42,215 nt of DNA from Theionarchaea archaeon. GTDB taxonomy: Archaea; Methanobacteriota_B; Thermococci; Methanofastidiosales; SZ-28-30. This document shows, piece by piece, positions 8,565 through 16,975 of the stretch (the first letter of the stretch is position 1; the number at the start of each line of letters is the position of its first letter). The notes below the pieces were generated by a model. It saw nothing but the letters and a program-made list of their open reading frames with translations. It was not told the origin of the DNA and searched no databases. The position numbers were made by a program, and so were the translations under genes. The DNA lies in contig JACVGT010000004.1 in the NCBI GenBank assembly GCA_018992685.1, forward strand, positions 1 through 42,215. Direction: 5' to 3'.

Positions 8565-8755
8565 ATGGGATTTCCCCTTCCGCCATATTCTTTCCTCCTA
8601 TGAGTCTGCTTTTAGCACAAAACACGATCCGGGGTAATCCCATTAATACCTTTTGAGGTAGGAGAGAAATGCGGGGTCGAGTAAGGAGGCATAAGGGATC
8701 ACCCAAACGGGAAGGAGGGATCTTCCCTCCTCTTCCCCAGAATAGGTGCTTTTTT
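8565..8755 (+). ncRNA. Candidate structured RNA or small-ORF mRNA
   Basis: Begins about 25 nt after the TATA box with a 12/13-bp stem (8565-8577 with 8631-8643). Ends with a GC-rich hairpin (8709-8737) and a T6 run (8750-8755). Confidence 0.35.
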
Positions 8756-9769
8756 CTAAGGTGAAGGAGAGATTCTCTTGAAGTATTCAGTATAGATTTT
8801 TTCTGCTTTCTTGACCTGGTCAATATTCACGTATTCGTTCTTCTGGTGGGCCATTTCCTGTTCTCCAGGGCCGAAAATGACAACGGGGGCAGGAGGTGAG
8901 AATTTGATGGCCTCAGTGGCGAAGTAGCAGGTGCATGCTCCTGAAGCCAGTTCTAGAAGGATTTGAATCTCTTTTCTGGCACTATCAATAGAGATGGGAG
9001 GAAGATCGTACTTCACTGTTAAAGGCAACTCTGTCAGGATTTCCATGTTCTGGATTACATCCTCTTTTTTCATGGTAGGGGGGTACCTGACATCGAATTG
9101 GACCGTGCAGGTGTCTGCAGTGACGTTAATTTGTGAGCCACCTTCTATCAATCCGACATTGATGGTCATTCCTTCTTTTTGTGTGTAGGGAGTAACGGAA
9201 TTGAGGTGCTTCACCATGGAAAGTATAGCGTTATCACCTATCCAGGGCATACTCCCATGGGAGGGTTTTCCTTTGACTGTACCTTCGAGCCAGAGAACTC
9301 CCTTTTCTCCCGTTCCTACCTTAAGGCCTGTGGGCTCACCCACCAGAACAATGGGAGCTTTTCTTAGAGCGTCTGTTCTGGCCAGGTCTTCAGCTCCTTT
9401 CATTCCTATTTCTTCGTCTGTTGTAAAGGCTATACTGAAAGGGACATCATCTCTGAGTGTTTCAGCAGTTGCAATCATGGCGGCGCATCCTGATTTCATG
9501 TCAGTGCTTCCTCTGCCGTAAAGGTTACCATTGATGATCTGCCCCTGTTCATAGTCCCACTCGCCCATAACGACCGTATCCAGATGACCAGAGAAAACAG
9601 GGCCTCCAGCACCGAATTCAGCCAGAATTGCCGGTTTCTGTTCTGGACCGCATTGTGTGATGTGAGCACCAAGATCAGTGAGCATATCTGTGACATGAGA
9701 AATGATAGGTCTCCCGTCAGTGTGGCTTTCAATAGCGATGAGCTCCTTGAGTACATTAACGACATCCAT
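8756..9769 (-). CDS. M20 family metallopeptidase/deacylase (ArgE/DapE-like)
   Basis: Motifs SGHLDTV, GRGSTDMKSG, DEE, GEPT, HGSMPW and AHQKNE. Confidence 0.9.
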   Translation of the reverse strand: MDVVNVLKELIAIESHTDGRPIISHVTDMLTDLGAHITQCGPEQKPAILAEFGAGGPVFSGHLDTVVMGEWDYEQGQIINGNLYGRGSTDMKSGCAAMIATAETLRDDVPFSIAFTTDEEIGMKGAEDLARTDALRKAPIVLVGEPTGLKVGTGEKGVLWLEGTVKGKPSHGSMPWIGDNAILSMVKHLNSVTPYTQKEGMTINVGLIEGGSQINVTADTCTVQFDVRYPPTMKKEDVIQNMEILTELPLTVKYDLPPISIDSARKEIQILLELASGACTCYFATEAIKFSPPAPVVIFGPGEQEMAHQKNEYVNIDQVKKAEKIYTEYFKRISPSP

Positions 9770-9867
9770 AGGGCATACACTGATCTATAGAATATATGTC
9801 TTTTTCCATCTACCCAAGGGGAAGGTCCACCTGATGACCACACTCTCTCTGAAGAGTCTGAATAGGA

Positions 9868-10365
9868 TTAATGCTCGATCTTGTCATGGAGCAGCTTCTC
9901 GAATGCTGCAGCATCCTCGGGTGAAAAGGCTTTCTGGGATATGACAGTGAATGTTATAGCCGAGAAAGAGAGGAGATAGTAGCCTGAAACAACTCTGGAA
10001 GCGATAACGCCGTTCCACTTCATTTTGCTCAGGCCACGTTCTGTCTCCATGGAAATGTCACCATCATCGAAAGTGTACGAAGTAGGAAGAAAGAACGAAG
10101 AATTCTTGGAAGTATAGGCAAGATACACGGCACTCACAACGACAGTGAGTGTATGGAACAGCATCAGGCTCCAGATAACAAGAAGAAGGCACAAAGGGGC
10201 ATCTGTGACACGGAAGAGGTACGTTGCTATCACTAACATAGTCAGGGCGAAAGGAGTCCCCCAGGACTTGAAGGCTAGGATCAGGTTGATTTTCATATAT
10301 GCTGGTTTTGTCAATACGCTTTTTACTGTAATAGGCAGATCATGAGATGTCCGAATTTGATCCAT
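9868..10365 (-). CDS. YcxB-like membrane protein
   Basis: Two hydrophobic helices followed by a YTFDDGDISMETERGLSKMKW...ISQKAF beta domain. Confidence 0.6.
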   Translation of the reverse strand: MDQIRTSHDLPITVKSVLTKPAYMKINLILAFKSWGTPFALTMLVIATYLFRVTDAPLCLLLVIWSLMLFHTLTVVVSAVYLAYTSKNSSFFLPTSYTFDDGDISMETERGLSKMKWNGVIASRVVSGYYLLSFSAITFTVISQKAFSPEDAAAFEKLLHDKIEH

Positions 10366-10633
10366 GCCTTTGTTCGTACGTACCTCTCTTAAGGCTATGT
10401 CTTATTTCCTCGATATGGCAGCATATGTGGACATAATTTCAGGGCATGGGAAGAAGATGTACTCAGGGATTTCTGAGAGCGGTGGAAGAATATCTATTAG
10501 AAGAAAACGGAAATGTCAAGAATTCTTATATTTGAGCAGCAATACTCTTTATAATAACAAATAGGCAATGGGAGACAGATCAGGTGCCAGCCCTGGGTGC
10601 AACCTTTTAAAAGGGCACTTGATATTACTCCCC

Positions 10634-11812
10634 ATGCTGGATGAACTGCGCAGCTTCAGCAGAAATGCTGCACTGTTTCTCGTTTCAGTAAGCATATCTT
10701 CTGTAGGTACAGGTATATTCTACCTGGTATTCAATATCTATGTTACTGAAGGCCTCCATTATTCAGAATACTTTCTGGGGGTGCTCTTATCTGCCAGTTC
10801 TATCTCTGCAGCAGTGTTCTCGCTTCCCGGGGGCATCCTGGGAGACAGGGTTGGAAGGAAACGCTGCATAATCTTAGGGACAGCTATTGTGGCACTGTCC
10901 ATGGGCGGATTAATTCGGTTCACCTCACAGACTGTTCTGGTGGCAATGAATGCCCTCCTGGGATTTGGAAGCACTCTGAACTATGTGTCATTTGCTCCTT
11001 TCATGATGGAAAATGCGACCCAGAAGGGACGAGTGCATTTATTCAGTGTCCAGGCTGCCCTGAACATATTGGGGTATACCCTGGGTGCATATCTGGGCGG
11101 GACGTTCCCTTCCCTGCTCAACGGTGACCAGACAGGTGCTCTAAGGACTACCCTTTTGATAGGGATGCTCCTGTGTTGCACAGCAGTCTTTCCGCTCCTG
11201 ATGTTACAGGAGGAGAGGAAGAGAACCATGTTTTCCACGAGAATTGTGGTCAGCCGGGCCTTGTTGAAGCGATTCCTCATAACTAATGTACTCATCGGGT
11301 TTGGCGCAGGGCTCATCGTTCCTTTCTTCAACATCTTCTTCAGGGTGAGAATGCAGGCTAGCATGGAGGTAATTGGACTCATTTTTGCCATTGGCAATGT
11401 CACTATGGGCATAGCCACATTTGTCGCCGCTCCTCTGGCATCAAGGTGGGGAAAGGTTCGTTCAATCGTTTTGACAGAGCTGGGGTCACTGCCTTTCCTG
11501 TTGATGATTGCATATTCTCCCCGGCTCGAACTGGTCACCGTGGGATTCATTGCCCGAGGGGCTCTTATGAACATGGGAAATCCTATCAGTTCTGCTTTCT
11601 TAATGGAGAATATGAAGGAGGAAGAGAGAGCGACTGCCAATGGGATTGTCATGGCTGGATGGAACGGGTCCTGGGCTGTTTCGAACGTTGCAGCAGGCAA
11701 CCTCATGAGTCGGGGTATGTACGAACTGCCTTTTCTGATAACCAGTGCGCTGTACACCATTTCCAGTGTATTGTACTATGTGTTCTTCAGATCACTTGAA
11801 AAAACTCACTAG
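10634..11812 (+). CDS. MFS transporter
   Basis: About 12 hydrophobic segments and MFS motif A (GILGDRVGRK). Start placed at ATG 10634, about 25 nt after a TTTTAAAA box. Confidence 0.9.
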   Translation: MLDELRSFSRNAALFLVSVSISSVGTGIFYLVFNIYVTEGLHYSEYFLGVLLSASSISAAVFSLPGGILGDRVGRKRCIILGTAIVALSMGGLIRFTSQTVLVAMNALLGFGSTLNYVSFAPFMMENATQKGRVHLFSVQAALNILGYTLGAYLGGTFPSLLNGDQTGALRTTLLIGMLLCCTAVFPLLMLQEERKRTMFSTRIVVSRALLKRFLITNVLIGFGAGLIVPFFNIFFRVRMQASMEVIGLIFAIGNVTMGIATFVAAPLASRWGKVRSIVLTELGSLPFLLMIAYSPRLELVTVGFIARGALMNMGNPISSAFLMENMKEEERATANGIVMAGWNGSWAVSNVAAGNLMSRGMYELPFLITSALYTISSVLYYVFFRSLEKTH

Positions 11813-12019
11813 GCAGGCCTCCTGCAGATCTCGAGGCAGATTCCATGGGTGAATTTTTCGATCCCCATTGTGATTCATAGGTGGGTCTGCAAAAATATTG
11901 GATGGCTTAGAGTACTTCAATAATGGATATGCAAGATGATCACGCGGTCAGAAAGTAGCATGGTGAGAGCAAAGGTTATAAGATTGGAATCCAACACAAT
12001 GGTAACAGAGGTGAACTAA

Positions 12020-13372
12020 ATGAAGACTCTGATTGGTATGATCCTGGGCGTACTCATTATTGGGAATATATGGTTCTATCCTCTTGTGGCCACTGGAGAA
12101 AGATTTGAGGACAGCTATTATGTATGGAACTTCGATATTGATCAATCCGGAATGGTTCACGTGGAAGTGGAATTTCACATTTTTGCAGTCCCTTTCAGGA
12201 TGACGACATGGGAACTAAGCTACGATAGAAAATGGGGAGACAAAATGACAAATATCGAGGCACAAGAAAAGACTGGTGAGGATATAAAGGTAGAAATGAA
12301 GCAATACAGTGAGACAGTTCAGTATTCTTACCGATTCAGACCGAAAAGCGCAGGTGAAGACATAGAATTCACTGTCGAATATGATCTGGAAGACGGTCTC
12401 ATCGAGATTGTGGACGAGGTTTCATATTTTGAGTTCTGGTGGACATCTGGAGAAAATTTCATGCACTTTCTTACCGATGTCTATCTGCCTGCTGGCAGTG
12501 AAGTGCTGTTCATCAGTGAGCTGGAGCCCCAAGAGGTAAGCGGGAGGACCAAACCCATAGTTCACTTTGAGGGGAAGACAAAAGGCATGGGAGTACGAAA
12601 TGGGATTGGAGTAGCGTTCTCTGAAGTGGGTAAATCGAATTTGGAGGAAGGTGATGGGGCCTACAATGCCGAAGAGTATGTAGAAGCCAGGTCGTATTAT
12701 GAGGAAGCCCTGGCCTTTTATGAGGGTATAAATCCTTTTTATGGTATGGGGAGCGATGAGTACTTTGGAGAGTTATCAGAAGAGTTTGATGTACTGATAC
12801 AGCCCACGTACATGGGATTTTCCTCTGTGTCTGCCTACACACAGGTCTTGGAAAACCTCAGGGATAAGATAGAAATGTGCCAGGAAAAGGCGGAAGAGAA
12901 AACAAGAGAGGCAGATACGCTGTTTTCTGAAGGCAAGGCCTTGTTTGAAGAAAAGAAGTATGAGGGAGCCCTGGAGACCTTTCAGAAAGCCCAGGAATTA
13001 TATCGTTCTCAGGGGGAGAGCGAGAAGGCGGAATTATGTCAGCAATACAGTGACATGTGTTCTGGATTTATTGAGGAGCAAAGGAAGAGGGAGGAGGCCA
13101 ACAGGCTACTTGGGGAAGGGATTGCCTACTCTGAGCAGGGAGATTGTGGATTGGCCGTGGAGAAGTTAGAACAGGCTTTGTCTCTGTATGAGGAATTAGG
13201 TGATGAGGAGAAAGCGCAGGAATGTACGGACAGAATACAATCTTGTGAAGGCCAGGAAGAGGAGGAATCTGAAGACGGTGGATTCTGCTTGGGGAGTACG
13301 TTCATTCTGCTTGGGTTAGGACTACTCATGTTCAGTAAGAAGCGGACACAGGGCAGATCTGCTCACGACTAG
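12020..13372 (+). CDS. Secreted/surface TPR-repeat protein with a C-terminal membrane anchor
   Basis: N-terminal signal peptide, a beta-rich domain, TPR-like helices (EGKALFEEKKYEGALETFQKAQELY), an acidic linker, then GGFCLGS, a hydrophobic helix and KKR. RBS GAGGTGA. Confidence 0.85.
   Translation: MKTLIGMILGVLIIGNIWFYPLVATGERFEDSYYVWNFDIDQSGMVHVEVEFHIFAVPFRMTTWELSYDRKWGDKMTNIEAQEKTGEDIKVEMKQYSETVQYSYRFRPKSAGEDIEFTVEYDLEDGLIEIVDEVSYFEFWWTSGENFMHFLTDVYLPAGSEVLFISELEPQEVSGRTKPIVHFEGKTKGMGVRNGIGVAFSEVGKSNLEEGDGAYNAEEYVEARSYYEEALAFYEGINPFYGMGSDEYFGELSEEFDVLIQPTYMGFSSVSAYTQVLENLRDKIEMCQEKAEEKTREADTLFSEGKALFEEKKYEGALETFQKAQELYRSQGESEKAELCQQYSDMCSGFIEEQRKREEANRLLGEGIAYSEQGDCGLAVEKLEQALSLYEELGDEEKAQECTDRIQSCEGQEEEESEDGGFCLGSTFILLGLGLLMFSKKRTQGRSAHD
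13220..13335 (+). repeat. Direct repeat copy 1 (3' end of the TPR gene)
   Basis: Ungapped alignment with 23347..23462: 116 nt with 11 mismatches (hand count). Confidence 0.93.
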
Positions 13373-13854
13373 AGAGGAACCTTCATACTGGCACGCAGAT
13401 GGGCTTTTTTCTGCCCCGTGCTTTCCGAACACCTCGATAGGGCATTGATACTCTGCACCAAGAGAGTGACAGGACAGGAAAACAGGCGCCTAACGGTTTC
13501 GGGAGTTCTACAGAATTCTCTTGCATTTTTGAGATTAGCTACGAGTTGCCTCTTTATGGCTCGGTTTCGCCAATCGCACGGATCCTTCTGATTTTTGCAC
13601 ATGGAAGCTGCAAGAAATCAAATGGATCTACATGAGGGGAGTTCGTCCTATTTCTTCTTGTGCACCTCTCTTTCTTGGAAATGGCTCGAATGTGGAGTTT
13701 GGCCTGATATATATGCAGGTTTGGACTGTGAGGAGTCTGATTTCTCAAGAAGAATGAAATGACTGTAAACTGTGCACCCATGGATAGTGGAATTGCTTTC
13801 CCTTCGTTGAAAAATCATCCAGACAGAGAATCGTGCAATACCACAAGAAAAAGA

Positions 13855-13874
13855 TTAGCAAACATTTATAAATA
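13855..13874 (+). promoter_or_regulatory. TATA box upstream of the cluster 1 precursor
   Basis: TTTATAAA at 13865-13872 with an A-rich upstream element, about 90 nt before the ATG. Confidence 0.5.
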
Positions 13875-13961
13875 CTGGAACGATACAGATGGTGCTACTC
13901 AGAGATATTCCATCGATGAGGAAATACTGAATTGGCATAAACCACCAAGGAGGTGTTGTAC

Positions 13962-14156
13962 ATGAGAATGGAATCGTTGAATGAACCAAACCTTTTGGGA
14001 ATTGAATCAGTGGACACGCCCGGATGGGATGGCATAGCTGTGGAAGACATTTCTTCGCCCTCGGCAACACCCGTTATGGTAAATCCAACGGGAAAATGTG
14101 GGGGCTGTGCGTGCGGATGCTTCGTTGTCAATTGCATGGGCCTTTCCGCATGCTGA
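13962..14156 (+). CDS. Cys-rich RiPP precursor peptide, 64 aa (cluster 1)
   Basis: GGAGGTG RBS at 13949-13955. Acidic leader and core KCGGCACGCFVVNCMGLSAC with six Cys. Lies directly upstream of four rSAM/SPASM genes. Confidence 0.85.
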   Translation: MRMESLNEPNLLGIESVDTPGWDGIAVEDISSPSATPVMVNPTGKCGGCACGCFVVNCMGLSAC

Positions 14157-14202
14157 GGCGACTCCAGGATTTCTGCAACACTGCCGATAGGAGGGCTAAA
14201 AA

Positions 14203-15567
14203 GTGCACCAATCGCGACTTAACACACTCGTGAAGGTAGGTGCGGACGAGTATCTACTTTTTAATCAAGTGACGGGAAATCTTGCCCTTGTCGACAAGGA
14301 AGTTGTTGACTTCCTTGAAATCCCGGACAATGAGGGCAATCCCGTTTCTTTTCTTTTGAAAGAGAAGGGGTTTCTCATTGAAGATGACATCGTTGAGGAT
14401 GCAGACTACTTGTGTTCTGTTCCCAAGGAGAAAGGGGAATCTCTCTTGAGGCATATCATCGTTGTCACGTATCAATGCAATCTGAGATGCTCGTACTGCT
14501 ACCAGGATGATGTGCTTTCCACACATCCTGCTGGATGGGAAACACGGGTATTGACAAGGCACCTGGTAGACGACCTGTACGACGCGATACTCTCTGCAGA
14601 GAACATCCTGTCGCACACAGGAAGCCACATTGTACTGTATGGTGGTGAGCCTTTTCTATTTCAAAACAGAGAAATTGTGGAATACATATTGAAGAAAGGA
14701 AAGGACCTTGGTTACACATTTAGAGCGATAACCAACGGAACACAGGTGGAAGCATTTGTTGACATGTTCAGAGAATATGATGTACATTCTCTTTCCATAA
14801 CACTGGATGGTCCGAAAGATATTCATGATTCTCGTCGATCAAAAGCGAATGGTAAAGGTACATTTGATGATATTATAGCCAACATTGAGATTTTGCTGAA
14901 AAATGATATTCATACTAGAATTCGAACCAATATCGATGAACAGAACCTGAAACACCTGCCACAGCTCTTGAGATTCTTTGAAGAAAGAGAATGGGATGAT
15001 AATCCATATATTGACCTCTTGTTCGCCTTTACCAGGCAGAGGAATCAAAAAGAGGTGCAGAATATTCCACAGAGTTTTTCTGAATTCCTTGCACTTCTCG
15101 AGCGTATGGATGTTGGCAAAGACCCGTGGCTGCGAGATGTGATCCTGGATCTCCTCTCAGGAACCACGCTGGCGAAGGCTATCCTTGGAAGATCACAACC
15201 ATCTAAATCCACCTCCTGGCAGTGTCCAGCAGTTGGACATGACCTGGCATATGATCCATATGGAAACATCTACGTGTGCCAACAAGTTCTTGGAAATGAG
15301 GTTCACAGTGTGGGACGGTATTCTCCCACATTTGAGTTGACCAAGAACTTTGGACAGTGGCAAGACAGGACTCTTGTTAATTTACCACGGTGTCTGGAAT
15401 GTGAATATGCATCACTCTGTGGTGGTGGATGTCCTATTTCGGCATTCAACACGTCCGGGACAATAATGGAGCCCTCACAGTCCCAGTGCAAGAGTGTGGA
15501 AGCCTACGTACATGAAGTCATTCCGCAACTTTACAGGATGGTTAAGAGAGGGTTCTTCCATGAGTAA
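14203..15567 (+). CDS. Radical SAM/SPASM peptide maturase 1 with N-terminal RRE-like domain
   Basis: Motifs CNLRCSYC, YGGEP, TNG and TLDG. SPASM C..G....C / CLECEYASLCGGGC...C. N-terminal SRLN..YLLFN..TG segment. Confidence 0.92.
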   Translation: MHQSRLNTLVKVGADEYLLFNQVTGNLALVDKEVVDFLEIPDNEGNPVSFLLKEKGFLIEDDIVEDADYLCSVPKEKGESLLRHIIVVTYQCNLRCSYCYQDDVLSTHPAGWETRVLTRHLVDDLYDAILSAENILSHTGSHIVLYGGEPFLFQNREIVEYILKKGKDLGYTFRAITNGTQVEAFVDMFREYDVHSLSITLDGPKDIHDSRRSKANGKGTFDDIIANIEILLKNDIHTRIRTNIDEQNLKHLPQLLRFFEEREWDDNPYIDLLFAFTRQRNQKEVQNIPQSFSEFLALLERMDVGKDPWLRDVILDLLSGTTLAKAILGRSQPSKSTSWQCPAVGHDLAYDPYGNIYVCQQVLGNEVHSVGRYSPTFELTKNFGQWQDRTLVNLPRCLECEYASLCGGGCPISAFNTSGTIMEPSQSQCKSVEAYVHEVIPQLYRMVKRGFFHE

Positions 15568-16975
15568 GATGAGACCTAGCTTCTACAATGTGTCTGTCAA
15601 AGTTGATGAAGACGAGTATTTATTGATGAACCCTCTCTCAGGTTCAGTAGATGTTGTTGATAAGGACGTCATAGATTTCCTAGAATCTTTCAAAGACACT
15701 TTTCAGCGTGCAGAAGCCAAGCAAGACGTCACTCAAACCTTGAGAGCGAGGAACTACCTGACTCAGAACGATAAGGAAGAAGAAATTGAAATGATGTCCA
15801 GGAAGTGCAGAAATCTCAACCGCATCAAAAGACTCTATTCTCATCATTTCACTGTAACGTATGACTGCAATATGAGATGTGCCTATTGTTTTGAGAATCC
15901 AGTAAGACCCAGAGAAAGAACGTGCAGCAGGATACTCAGCAATAAGCAAGTGGACAAGATTTTCGACATCATTGTGAAGCTCGATTCTGATATTGAGAGG
16001 GATACTGGTGGAATCCTCTGTTTGTGGGGAGGAGAACCCTTCATGCCTGAGACAGAGGACATAGTCAGATACATCTTCAGGAAGGGAGCAGAATTGGGAT
16101 ACAAGTTTGGCTACATCAACACGAATGGGCTGGCACTCACGGAGTTTGTTGAACTGCTGGAGGAATACAAGGTTCCTCTCATCAAAGTGACGCTTGATGG
16201 TCCCCCTGACATCCATGACAGGAGAAGAAAAACAGTTGATGGCTCCGGGACCTTTGACAGAATCGTTAAAGGCATAGAAGCTCTGAGCACAACAGGGGTG
16301 AAGGTAGGTCTAAGGACCAATATTGATTCCACAAATCTAGACCATCTTCCAGCTCTCCTGGATTTTTACGAGTCTCAGGGATGGCACAAAGACTCACATT
16401 TCTCATTTGCCCTAATGCCCACATATAGTGCATGGTGGGGAGATAGAGAGCTGAGCTGGAGGGAATGCATCCAGAAAGTTGAGGCCATGACAGAAAACCA
16501 TCCGCTGATGAGTATTTTTGAGACAAAATGGGAAACCAGAATTTTTGGATACCCCCGACCTTATGTGAAGGATATCGTCTTTGGGGGGGAGTGTATTCTA
16601 CCCAATTCCCACTATTGTAACGGATTCATGGTGAATATGTTATATGATCCATACGGGGACATCTATACCTGTCTGAAACTTTCTGGTGAGCCCGAACATA
16701 AAGTAGGAGTGTACATGCCTGAGTTTCAACTGAACAAGAACTACAGGTTGTGGCAGGAACGATCAGTTTTCAACATTCCAAAATGCAGGAACTGCAGCTA
16801 TTCGCCACTGTGCCGGGGCGGAAGTGCGTATCGGGCTTATTTGAAGACAGGAGACCTCACGGAACCCCACTGTGATACATTCAAGGACTTTCTTGAAGTC
16901 TTTGTGCCCCAGCTCTACAGACAATTCAAAGAGAGACGTTCTCAAGGATCCCAGGGGGGTAAAGATGAAACCTAG
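15560..16975 (+). CDS. Radical SAM/SPASM peptide maturase 2
   Basis: Motifs CNMRCAYC, WGGEP and SPASM CRNCSYSPLCRGGS. Start placed at ATG 15560 (or 15569) by overlap with the upstream stop and by paralog alignment. Confidence 0.92.
   Translation: MSKMRPSFYNVSVKVDEDEYLLMNPLSGSVDVVDKDVIDFLESFKDTFQRAEAKQDVTQTLRARNYLTQNDKEEEIEMMSRKCRNLNRIKRLYSHHFTVTYDCNMRCAYCFENPVRPRERTCSRILSNKQVDKIFDIIVKLDSDIERDTGGILCLWGGEPFMPETEDIVRYIFRKGAELGYKFGYINTNGLALTEFVELLEEYKVPLIKVTLDGPPDIHDRRRKTVDGSGTFDRIVKGIEALSTTGVKVGLRTNIDSTNLDHLPALLDFYESQGWHKDSHFSFALMPTYSAWWGDRELSWRECIQKVEAMTENHPLMSIFETKWETRIFGYPRPYVKDIVFGGECILPNSHYCNGFMVNMLYDPYGDIYTCLKLSGEPEHKVGVYMPEFQLNKNYRLWQERSVFNIPKCRNCSYSPLCRGGSAYRAYLKTGDLTEPHCDTFKDFLEVFVPQLYRQFKERRSQGSQGGKDET

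Noticed and set aside
8348-8643. SRP RNA, RNase P RNA, 5S rRNA, tRNA or C/D-box RNA
   Set aside because: Only partial motif matches (GAAGGGAGCA, GAGGAAAG) without the required flanking consensus, length or cloverleaf.
13373-13950. Short ORFs in the gap upstream of the cluster 1 precursor
   Set aside because: None has a convincing RBS, motif or similarity to the precursor. I treated the gap as promoter or intergenic sequence.
13962-14156. SCIFF/thermocellin precursor or metallothionein
   Set aside because: It has six Cys, but the spacing and leader differ from SCIFF (no CQSACKTSC). The long acidic leader and rSAM context argue against a metallothionein.
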